DNA of 42,978 nucleotides, taken from NCBI GenBank assembly GCA_051546255.1, contig CP128819.1, positions 1,116,001 through 1,158,978 on the forward strand, in the 5' to 3' direction. The notes beneath the pieces were generated by a model. The model had not been told where the DNA came from and made no database searches. It saw only the letters and a program-made list of their open reading frames with translations. Positions 32,600-42,205 of the stretch are shown here, piece after piece (position 1 is the stretch's first letter; each line of letters begins with the position of its first letter). This stretch comes from Meyerozyma guilliermondii (lineage: Eukaryota). A program made the position numbers and the translations under genes.

Positions 32600-34255
32600 A
32601 TGTCCCGCTCCAGAAAACTTCAACTGGGCCCCTCTAATCAACAGTCTTCGACGTTTGTGTCTTCGTCGGGCTTTGATAAACCGTCTGCGTCGGCCCACCA
32701 GGTGCCACAGTCGCCGGTTCCTCAGTTTCAAGGCACAAATCTGCCGCGCTCGCATTCAAGGAGTCATAGTCATACCAGCAGCTTCCGCCATGAAGACTCC
32801 GCTAATTGGACCACTCTAATACCTCCTATGCCTTCATACCCGCCGGCTGCGCATGCTAATCCCAAACGAACCGGACTGCCTTTCAATCGTCACTCCGTGG
32901 CTTCTCCTTCCAATGTGCCTCAGTCGTCCCAAACTGAGCCTTTGGTCCCTGGAAGCTTCCCAGCAATACCATCTCAACCATCACAATCATTTCAGTTTCC
33001 ACCGCCTCAATCTCAATATCAGAAACAACCTCAATTGCAACCTCAGTCGCAACCTCCTTCATCACTCAACCAGGGCTCACTCACTCAGGGCCCGTCTCAA
33101 CCCCAATCACAACCATTTTCTCAATCACGCGATATCACCAACTCGTCCAAGGTATCTGCTCCTGCCTCCGGCTCTTCACCTCGAAAAAAGCGCAAGGTTT
33201 GTCACGTATGTAAACAGGATATAACAGGACAATTCGTGCGTGCATTATCGCATGCTTTCCATGTTCATTGCTTTACGTGCGCTGAATGTGGTAAGCAGTG
33301 TGCTTCCAAATTCTTCCCGTATGAGACCACTGACGCTTCTGGCAATAAGTTTCAAGTGCCCCTATGTGAGTACGATTACTTCAAAAAATTGGACTTGCTT
33401 TGTTTTAATTGTAACAGAGCTCTCCGTGGTCCCTACATCACTGCACTTGGCAACAAATACCATCTTGAACACTTCAAGTGTGTGGTATGTCAGCGTGTAT
33501 TCGAGTCTGATGAAAGTTACTATGAACATTCTGGGAGCATTTATTGTCACTACCACTTTTCGAAAATGTATGCCTCTCATTGCGAAGGGTGTCACTCGTC
33601 TATCGTCAAACAGTTTGTTGAGCTTTTCAGAGGTGGGCGTAACCAACAGTGGCATCCTGAATGTTACATGGTTCACAAGTTTTGGAATGTGTGTATAACA
33701 GCTGATTCTGTGGGATTGGAAAAACAACTAGGTATTTCACAGCTTGACTTGAGCAACTTGAAAGAATCGAATATTCTGCAAGATTCATTACTTCATATTG
33801 AAAACCAAATTGAATCAACAGTTATGACATGTTGGCTCACACTTTCTGGTTACGAAGAAGCTACTGCGGCATGTATTTCGGACATGTTGCTCAACGCATG
33901 CACAGGTAATCAGGGTGGTGGTTTGCTAGCTACTGGAAAGTTGATTATATACTTGGATGTGTTGTTCGGTGCTATCGATTATGTCCAGGGAATGTGCGAT
34001 TCAATTGACAATGATCTTATGGAGGAGACCATGATTTCAGACATTGAAGCACCAATCAAATCTCCCTTTCAAGTGTTGAAAAGGGAGCCTCGTAACATTT
34101 CGGGGAAAATTATGAGCTACTTGGCACTCTTGCGAAAGTCCAAGCAGATTGCAGAATCTGGTCCAATGTCTACAGAGATTTTGTCTGTGATGAGTAGGGA
34201 CCACATAAACGGATCACGGCCACTGGTGCCAATCTTGCTCGATCTTGCTCGATAA
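32600..34255 (+). pseudogene. LRG1: 3'-truncated LRG1 (LIM domains present, RhoGAP absent). Native sequence ends at ~34191; the last ~21 codons are antisense hydantoinase sequence
   Basis: LIM1 CHVC..ITGQFVRAL..AFH..CF.C..C...KFFPY..PLCEYDYFK, LIM2 CFNC..ALRGPYITA...KYH.EHF.C, then C.GC..IVKQFVE..RGGRNQQWHPECY and KREPR. Similarity ends at TEILSV. Confidence 0.85.
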
Positions 34256-34502
34256 CAGCATTGATGAAATGGGTGGTTCCGATGGTTACAGCCAACACAT
34301 TATTTGGAGAGTATCCGTTTTTCTCAACCAGCAAGTTATCGAGAGCATCAGAAATGCCTCCTGAAACGTCTGCGGTAGTAGAAGACTTGTGATAAGCGAT
34401 AACTCCTCGGGTTTCGGATGCAAACTTGGAGGGATCAAGCAACACCGAATCGGTATTGGTGCCTCCAACGTCAATTCCAATCAACAAGTTTTTGTCAGAC
34501 AT
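34170..34502 (-). pseudogene. 5' fragment (~104 codons) of a hydantoinase/oxoprolinase-family gene, truncated at the junction
   Basis: MSDKNLLIGIDVGGTNTDSVLL..K..TT.DV..GI..AL...VTIGTTHFINAVIEQD...L.PVAVIRLCGPYS matches the Hydant_A N-terminus (DxGGTxTD phosphate loop). It then reads into antisense LRG1 and stops at 34170. Confidence 0.85.
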
Positions 34503-34804
34503 CGCAACTCTGAAAGTAGAGAAAGAGTAGAGCTTCCATGGGATTAAATATAGCAATACGATGCGCCGGTTTGCAACCGCCGCATTTGGAATATATTGCG
34601 AGCCATCCCAAAATGGAAATAATTCCTAATATCCGGCTCGATCCAAATTGGCATCTGATACGCAAATGCGACCCCCGCACCACGCAATGGTTTGGGGCCG
34701 TGCGCTAAATGAATGGCGCGGAAAGCGCGGCATGCAAAATTAAACCGCCGAAATCTGTTCGTGCATTGTGTCAAACCTTATCGAGATACGAGGCGCATAA
34801 ACCT

Positions 34805-34832
34805 GCATCGGCGTTCCGCATCGACGTTCCGC
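34805..34832. promoter_or_regulatory. 13-bp tandem repeat containing CGG-N4-CCG in the hydantoinase/NCS1 divergent promoter
   Basis: GCATCGGCGTTCC (34805-34817) then GCATCGACGTTCC (34818-34830); CTTATC (GATAAG on the - strand) at 34777-34782. Confidence 0.45.
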
Positions 34833-34975
34833 GATCTCGCAATTATTACCCATTTCAGAAAGTTTTACTATCAATCAAAATATCATGTTATACTCGATTT
34901 AGGTCGCCGACGTTGAAGTTTATAACTTGCATTCGCATCCATGAAAACGCAAATACCGAATCGTGAGCGTCTGAT

Positions 34976-36670
34976 ATGTCAACTATAGCCAAAGCTCTCA
35001 AGTTTCTCGAGGTCTCGCCGGGAGAAGGCGTTGAAAAAGTTACCTATTTGAGAAATAAAGATGTGATTCCAATGGGTCCCAAAAGACGAACATGGGGTGT
35101 GTGGTCGCTCACTTTCTACTGGTCTATCACAAACGTTACGATTTCTTCGTGGACAGGAGCATCTTCCTTACTCTCTTTGGGACTTTCGGTTGGTGAAACC
35201 ATCGGTATTATTCTTATTGGAAATGTCATTATTTCTGCGTTGGCTCTTTTAAACGCTGCCCCTGGCGGGTACTTTCACATCGGTTATACCATCTCGCAAA
35301 GAGTGGTGTTTGGGATCCGAGGCTCCTCCATCGGAATTATTATCAGAATCATCTTGTCGGTGGTGTGGTTTGGGTCTCAAGCGTATCTTGGGTCTTTGTG
35401 TCTAAGCTGTGTTTTTGCATCCTGGAGCCACAGTTACTTGACGATGAAAAACACCATTCCAGAATCGGTACACATGAATACCCAGCAATTGGTGGGATTT
35501 GTCATTTTCCAGCTAATTTCTCTTCCTCCATTACTCTTGAAACCAGAAAGATTCAACAAGATATTGATGGTGTCTTGCTCGTTGACGTTCTTTGCAATGC
35601 TAGGAATGACGATCTGGGCAGTAGCAAGAAATGGGGGTAACGGTGGTCCGTTGATGCACGCTTCCTCGAAAATGAGCTCTTCTACAAGAGGTTGGTACTG
35701 GATCTATGGTATAAGTTCGTGGTACGGAAGTCTTTCTGCTGGAGTCTCCAATCAGTCTGACTTCACGAGGTTCTCTAAAAAGACATGGTCGTCGTTATAT
35801 GGCACTATTTTCTCGTTAGTGGTTGTTGGTACCATTGTGCCATTGATGGGTCTCGTTTCGGCCTCGGCTTTCCAGGCCAGATACGGCTTGGACATATGGC
35901 AACCCAACCAGTTGATCATGTTCTGGTTGGAAAGAGATTATAGTGCCACTTCAAGAGCGGCAGCGTTCTTTGCAGGGACAATTTTTACAATGTCACAAAT
36001 CTGCTTCAATACCATGGGAAATGGTTATGCTGGTGGAATGGATTTATCTGGCTTGCTTCCACGATACTTTAATATCACTCGAGGCAGTATAGTCACCGCC
36101 CTCTTATCGTGGGTAGTCCAACCTTGGGATTTTTACAACACATCTTCAACTTTCGTTACCGTCATGTCGTCGTTTTCTGTGTTCATGTCACCTATCGTTG
36201 GTATCATCATTGCCGATTTCTGGATTGTCCGAAAAAAACACTTGAAATTGTCCAACTTGTACTCTGATGATAAACAGGGTAAGTACTGGTATTTCCATGG
36301 AGTTAACTACCGATACTTGATCATTTGGGTGATTGCGTTTGCTCCTGCTTTGCCAGGCTTGATCAATAGTGTCACCCCGTCAATTAAAGTGAGCACAGGT
36401 ATTCGAAACTTTTACTACGGAAACACCGTTTTCGAATACTGTATCTCATTCTTTTTGGTTATCGTTTCGTCATACATCTGGCCTCATAAAGACGTTTTAG
36501 AAGAAGACGAGTTTGATTACTTTGGAACCTTCACCGAAGAAGAGTGCCGAGCCAAGGGAATTGTGCCGTACTCTGAAGTTACCGACAAAGATCTTCAGCT
36601 CGACCCAATTGTGAGTGTTCTATCAAAGGACAATGTAATTGTGTTGGCGAGATCCGCTTCTGATAGATAA
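34976..36670 (+). CDS. NCS1-family permease (Fur4/Dal4/Thi7-like nucleobase/allantoin/hydantoin transporter)
   Basis: LRNKD..P....RRTW, G...HIGY....R..FGIRGS, VWFGSQ, NQSDFTRF, GMDL..LLPRYFNI.RG, QPW and YWYFHGVN; about 12 hydrophobic segments. Confidence 0.93.
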   Translation: MSTIAKALKFLEVSPGEGVEKVTYLRNKDVIPMGPKRRTWGVWSLTFYWSITNVTISSWTGASSLLSLGLSVGETIGIILIGNVIISALALLNAAPGGYFHIGYTISQRVVFGIRGSSIGIIIRIILSVVWFGSQAYLGSLCLSCVFASWSHSYLTMKNTIPESVHMNTQQLVGFVIFQLISLPPLLLKPERFNKILMVSCSLTFFAMLGMTIWAVARNGGNGGPLMHASSKMSSSTRGWYWIYGISSWYGSLSAGVSNQSDFTRFSKKTWSSLYGTIFSLVVVGTIVPLMGLVSASAFQARYGLDIWQPNQLIMFWLERDYSATSRAAAFFAGTIFTMSQICFNTMGNGYAGGMDLSGLLPRYFNITRGSIVTALLSWVVQPWDFYNTSSTFVTVMSSFSVFMSPIVGIIIADFWIVRKKHLKLSNLYSDDKQGKYWYFHGVNYRYLIIWVIAFAPALPGLINSVTPSIKVSTGIRNFYYGNTVFEYCISFFLVIVSSYIWPHKDVLEEDEFDYFGTFTEEECRAKGIVPYSEVTDKDLQLDPIVSVLSKDNVIVLARSASDR

Positions 36671-36691
36671 ATTAATATATGCTTTGGATCT

Positions 36692-38401
36692 TCACATAGT
36701 TATACTGTCAAAATCTTTTTCCTGGATCATTCCTCCCTTGTCTATAATATCCCAGTAACTGTGGACCCGATTGACGGTATTTTGGGCCACGAAAGTGCCG
36801 TTGTTGGAAATTGACTTTAAAGCCCCCATGAGGACTTTCCTTTGATTTCCTGGCGGAGCACATAAGGCTGCAATGAATAAAGGCCAATGGATACACAATC
36901 CAAATCTCATTATCTCGTGCATTGTGACCAACTGCTCCTCTATAGTTTGAACGCAACGCTGAACCTCAATTCCGTAAACGGATTTGCCCAAAAATACAGA
37001 CCAAATGTATATTTTGAGAGCACAGCAATACGCCCTATTGCATGCCTTCATGTATGCTCGCAACACATGGTCCTTGATGCTCAGCAAATCCAATTCTTGG
37101 GTTTCTACTGCTTGAATTTTTTTCAAGAGGTTCTCACCAAGACTTGTTAATTCTTCAGAGTATTGCAAATCTTGCAAAATACCTTCGCTTCCCGTAAGCA
37201 GAATCCCCGTGGTACTTTTGAAATTTATGATGAAGAGAATCACCTCGACAAACACAGGTGTAAGCAGCTGAGAATAGCACTTTATGAGGTTGAATCCACC
37301 TACAAGAAAACCATCTTCAGGTGAACCACCAGTATAGCCCAATAGCTTTCTCAAGCTGCTGATATTCTTCACAGCGCCTCCATTCGGAGCCGACAAACAG
37401 GCTATAGTTTCAGAGCTCACAAACCAATTTTTGGCAAAGCAAAACATGTGTATAGCATTCTCTGTCTGAATATCTCTTTCACCAGAATTCGAAATGTAAC
37501 TGTAAAGCGTATCACATTTCTCGAGAATAGCATGTGCTCCTCTCAAATGTAGTCTCCAGATATCCAGGTTGGTAGCAGATCTTTCCGAAAATAAAAACAT
37601 GATCGACATCAAGTAGCATGACATTTCAACAAACGAATTACATTCACCAACTCGTATCGATAGATTATCAAGCGTAGCAGACATATTTCGTTGCATGATA
37701 CAAAGCCATCTGTTGTCAGAACATCGAATGTCCAAAAGATTGCAAGTTATAGCATTTACGACAAGTCCAATTATTGAGTATTTCGGAGCAAACAGAAGGA
37801 ACCATCGAGATATGCAATTATCCTCATCGTCTGGAACTAAGATAAAGTTGTATACTGCTTTCGTTGAAATGAAATAATGGAAGATAAACTCTTGGACTTC
37901 AGCATCGTATTCGTGAAAATGTAGGTTTCCTTTTCGTATTCCTCTCGCATCCAATTTTTCTTGTAGTTCATCACATCTCTCCTTGTTATACGGCTTCCAA
38001 TGCTGGACATATTCCGGAACTCTTAAGTGGTTCCTCATACTGGCTTCATCTAGTGCTTTACAATCGAGCATCTGGTGATCAATTTTTAGAACATTTCCAT
38101 GGTTTCTCTCTTCAGAATATTCCTTGTAGATATCAATCAACTCTCCTATAAACCCAAAGGTATTCGCAGGAGAGACTTTGGTTTCGAATGGATTTGCTTG
38201 TTCCTTCCATTTAACTTTTTTGAACCTTTTTCTTTTAACTGTATCTTGATCGGGTTGATAAACGAAAATCTTATTTTCATATTCACAGTTCCATCCTTTT
38301 CTTTTACAACTCAGACATCCATTTAAGGCCTCGTCGCATTTTATACTGCTTTTCTTACAGTTGATGCATCCACTATGACTGTATTTTTTTCTAGGTTTCA
38401 T
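36692..38401 (-). CDS. Zn2Cys6 transcription factor with a fungal-specific C-terminal domain (Lys14/Uga3-like architecture)
   Basis: KKYSHSGCINCKKSSIKCDE....CLSC......CEY zinc cluster; WRLHLRGA and HWPLFIAALC motifs. Confidence 0.88.
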   Translation of the reverse strand: MKPRKKYSHSGCINCKKSSIKCDEALNGCLSCKRKGWNCEYENKIFVYQPDQDTVKRKRFKKVKWKEQANPFETKVSPANTFGFIGELIDIYKEYSEERNHGNVLKIDHQMLDCKALDEASMRNHLRVPEYVQHWKPYNKERCDELQEKLDARGIRKGNLHFHEYDAEVQEFIFHYFISTKAVYNFILVPDDEDNCISRWFLLFAPKYSIIGLVVNAITCNLLDIRCSDNRWLCIMQRNMSATLDNLSIRVGECNSFVEMSCYLMSIMFLFSERSATNLDIWRLHLRGAHAILEKCDTLYSYISNSGERDIQTENAIHMFCFAKNWFVSSETIACLSAPNGGAVKNISSLRKLLGYTGGSPEDGFLVGGFNLIKCYSQLLTPVFVEVILFIINFKSTTGILLTGSEGILQDLQYSEELTSLGENLLKKIQAVETQELDLLSIKDHVLRAYMKACNRAYCCALKIYIWSVFLGKSVYGIEVQRCVQTIEEQLVTMHEIMRFGLCIHWPLFIAALCAPPGNQRKVLMGALKSISNNGTFVAQNTVNRVHSYWDIIDKGGMIQEKDFDSITM

Positions 38402-38783
38402 TCAAGTGAAATCGTAAATTTAGTAAACTTTGAGAAATTTACGATTAAGATAAGCGAGATTCGCGAAAATATTGTGATAAGCCAAAGAGGTACTATTGCA
38501 ACTAAACATCTCAAAACCAATATACTCGATCAGGTTTCTGATGGAAAGAACCATAAATACCAAAAAGAATACTACCATATGATTTATTAGCTGTAATGGC
38601 ATGAGGACACCGCTCAACGCAAGGCGGGTCTCATCTTGAATTTATACCGGAACAAGAATTTCGTGGAAAGCGGTCGAGATCTGTTTCCCATGGGGAATAT
38701 CTGCTATTATCTTATTTTTGACACTTTGAAGTTGCTTTGAACACCATAAAAGATTAAGGTTTTCAGCTAGCTTGAATTCATTT

Positions 38784-39331
38784 TCATGTTCTTGGTAGCA
38801 CTTGTGTTCTATCTTCATTCAACATTTTTCCTTTCCTCCTTAATATTTCTTCATAATATGACAAAATTTCAAGTTCACTAGCAAGTACTTGGCCCTCCAC
38901 TTTTTCCATATCATTTATAAGAACTTCAACATCATGAGAACTTTCGTAACTAGTAACATCATCACTATCAATGCCAATTGCTTTCATGTATTCATCTGAA
39001 ATCTTGAAGTATTTTCCATCGGGACCAACTGCTCCAACCAGATACCATTCATTATTGACCTTGTACTGAGCGCCATTCGTTTGTATCAATAACAAGTCAC
39101 CTACATTAATATTCGAGGGACCAGACTCATAAAATACTGCTTTGGATCCTGAAATAATTCGATCATATATGGATATTCAATCGGCCGATTAAGAATTGGA
39201 TAGCCGTATTTACTCCAATCAGTTGAATTAAAGACAATTGGGCCAACTTTTGGCTCTGTAGCACTACCTAAGTTGAAGTATTTGAAAGCTATAACTGATA
39301 TGATTGATATGAATATAATTGATAAAAGCAT
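38784..39331 (-). pseudogene. Probable single ~180-aa orphan gene with an N-terminal signal/anchor, split by one frameshift
   Basis: ORF 39331-39101 begins MLLSIIFISIISVIAFKYF. The frame of the downstream ORF is open from 39176 to 38784, so the two frames overlap. One extra T in the T-run at 39131-39134 would fuse them. Confidence 0.5.
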
Positions 39332-39647
39332 AATTTATTTGATTGTTGATTATCATACCCTTGGAACCTACAAATGACATGTCTTAGCCACCCCGTGCTG
39401 TGAAGAAATTGGAGCCGTGCGCCTCGTTCATGGGCCGAGCCGTTCATTTCTTGCAGCCGAGGGCGTGTGTGGTTCATAAATGCGGTGTTGAAAGGCAATG
39501 ATTTGCAACCAGAAATTCTCACACGAATGAGAGAAAGAAACGGCTGGGTCTAGTGTATAGTGGAAGTAGACAAAACTGGCTTTATATGCTGAAAAGAGGT
39601 GGTTTTGTGGGTTTTCATGCGGTGCCTAAAAGTACCCCAACTCCGCG

Positions 39648-39657
39648 GTCACGTGAC
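39648..39657. promoter_or_regulatory. Palindromic Cbf1/Tye7-type E-box GTCACGTGAC
   Basis: Perfect 10-bp palindrome about 77 bp upstream of the F-box/LRR ATG. TCACGTG also occurs upstream of PRX1 (2560-2566) and GPI15 (31281-31287). Confidence 0.5.
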
Positions 39658-39733
39658 ACAATTCACCTTTCATATTGCCGTGCGCCGCACTAAACTTTAT
39701 ATCCATTAAAGGGGAGGTCCTAAAAGTCTAATA

Positions 39734-41827
39734 ATGAACCTTGATGACTTACCATGTGAAGTAATCACACATTGCTTTTCGTACTTGAGCACAAAACATC
39801 TCGTCAAGATATTACTGTTGGAGAACATTTCTGAAAATATCCTCCAAGCTTTAGCTGAGAATTGCAATCATTTATGGCATTCGAAGCAAATTCGGGGGAT
39901 CGATATAAGAACAATTGAAGGTACTGAAGATATTGAAGGAATTCAAGGCATTGAAGGTACTGGAGTTTACAATGAAACTGACTTTGACCGGTTTCTACAA
40001 ATACATAAGATCCTTGAAAAGAAGTCACTCAAATGTCCTCTTTGGTTTCATTGTAGATGGGAGAACATTTTTGACATGGAGAAAGATCTTGATGAAATAA
40101 ATATGGTTTACAATGGACAAAAGTTGGGCATTAGTGTTGACTTCAAAGACCCGGCGTTTCAAGTCTATCCCATTTTTTCAGACCATGACATTAATCTCAA
40201 AATCACTTGCCTTTCATTGAACCCATTTCGTGGATATTGTATCGATTTGAATAATTTCCCGAAATTGGAGACTTTTTATGGCGAAAAATGCGAAATGAGA
40301 GTTGACCACTCTCACCCCAGCTTGAAGACTGTAATTCTCAACCTGGTGACTTTCAGCACATTACCGACTAATTTGATAAAGTTGTTTGCAAGAGACTGCA
40401 CGATAAGAATGAATGAAAACCATCCAAAGCTAGAGGCTCTCAAAGTGTTGTCTTTAAAATGTGAACGAGAGCCTTTTGGTTTCTCCTCGCTAGTCAGAGT
40501 GCTCTGGAACAAAGATTTGGAACATTTTTCGTATATCGGTGAAGGGGCAATAGAAGAGGATGAAGTCCTCACCATGGTCGGCCCCAAGGTGACAAGTTTT
40601 GGATTCTCTGGCTCAATTTCGGCGAAGATTCCCTCGCTGCTAAGCTCCTTGTACTCCTTGTATGGCGGAAACCTCAAAAAGTTGACTGACTTTTCCCATT
40701 TGAGTTCCCTTACATTATGGCAGCCATCAGGTAACATCAACGATTGTAAATTACCGCCCAACTTGCTCGACCTTGCATTGTATAGGCCACGAGGTATCAT
40801 CGGCTATAATTTTTTTTTACCGATCAGCTTGCGCAAACTTTCGGTTCATTGGGCTCATTTTCAAGACTTGGAAGACTTCTTTCCACCTGAAATAGTCGAC
40901 CTTGAGTTAATTTGTTGTGAAATTGAGCTGATAGACGAGTGGCTAAAACCAGCCCGATTGAAGAGACTTTCACTAGAAACTAATGCGGTTTCAACTTTTA
41001 AAGCGTTTCTTCCTTGCTGTGAATATTTGTGCTTGAGAAGAAATATTTTAAAGAAAGTTGAGATTGAAGCTCCCGTTCTTGAGCATATTGACTTGGATGA
41101 AAATAAGCTTTATACAATTCCCAAACTCCCAGCTTGTCTTAAGGTCCTTATTCTCAGCAACAATGTACTATATCTTCCCATAATGTCTTAATAGCCTCCT
41201 AATTTAAAAGTTTTAGACCTCTCGCGAGCTGGTTTTGGAGCTCCTAGGAACTACACATTCCCATCATCAATTCAAGAACTAAACTTTAGAGAATCAAACT
41301 TGTCGAGTATGCGTGGAGTCAAATTTGCCAAAGGATCAGAATTGAGAGAATTGATTTTGAGCACTTGTGAATTGAATATAGTCGACGACACAATGATCGA
41401 GCTCCCCCTCGGCTTGAAATCACTAGAATTAGACAGCAATCACTTGAAACACATCAATAAGCTCACCATTCCGCAAACACTTACTTTTTTAGATTTGGGA
41501 GGTAATGATTTGAGATCATTGAAAATCAAGTCTCATATTGAAACTTTATACCTTGATGAAAATCCAAAACTTTCAAGTCTTGCGATATCAAAGAAGCTGG
41601 AGCTAAAGTTTCTCGATTTCTCACTCACTGGGTTTAAGAAGTTTTCATTTGATCTAATTGGAGCTGAGAGACTCACACAGCTACGTCTAGATGGTTATAA
41701 TATTAAAGTGATAGACCTCTCGAAAATGCCAGTCAATTTTCAAGTTTTAGAATATTGTGATGGGCCATGTGAAATAAAAGAACTACACAGGTATCCTGGT
41801 ACAGACATTTACAGACGTTTTCCATGA
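39734..41827 (+). pseudogene. F-box plus leucine-rich-repeat gene interrupted by in-frame TAA-TAG at 41189-41194
   Basis: F-box-like MNLDDLPCEVITHCFSYL; (L/F)PxxLxxLxLxxN repeats. After the two stops the same frame continues PPNLKVLDLSRAGF...FPSSIQELNF... to TGA at 41827. Confidence 0.85.
39914..39967 (+). repeat. In-frame 9-bp coding repeat (IEG/TED/IEG/IQG/IEG/TGV)
   Basis: ATTGAAGGT ACTGAAGAT ATTGAAGGA ATTCAAGGC ATTGAAGGT ACTGGAGTT. Confidence 0.75.
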
Positions 41828-42205
41828 GTTTCAGAACGTGTGAAGAACAACTAATACCCTTTCAAATAAGCACGGAGCTGCCATTGTGAGTTTCAACTCT
41901 TTCCCGGCTCAATGCTGGATAATTCATCTTGACGTGGTGAATTAGAGATCCACGCGGAGCACTAAATGATAGATTAAACCGATTCTATATAAGATTGGAA
42001 ATTGTTGCAGCTACCCTTCTTTGTCAAGCTTAAATATACCAGCTATATCATCTAATCAAATTTGCAGCCATTTTGGTGCGGCGCTTGACACATCGTAACG
42101 GGCAAAAATATACAAGTAAAGATTCACCGTTATTTGACAGATTTTATCCTAGTGGTGAATCGGTTTGAAACCTCATGCTTTAATGGAATCAAGGGTGCAT
42201 AATAA

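Noticed and set aside
34185..34260. An intron rescuing LRG1 or the hydantoinase gene
   Set aside because: No RhoGAP exons downstream and no hydantoinase continuation on the - strand; the flanking DNA is occupied by other genes.
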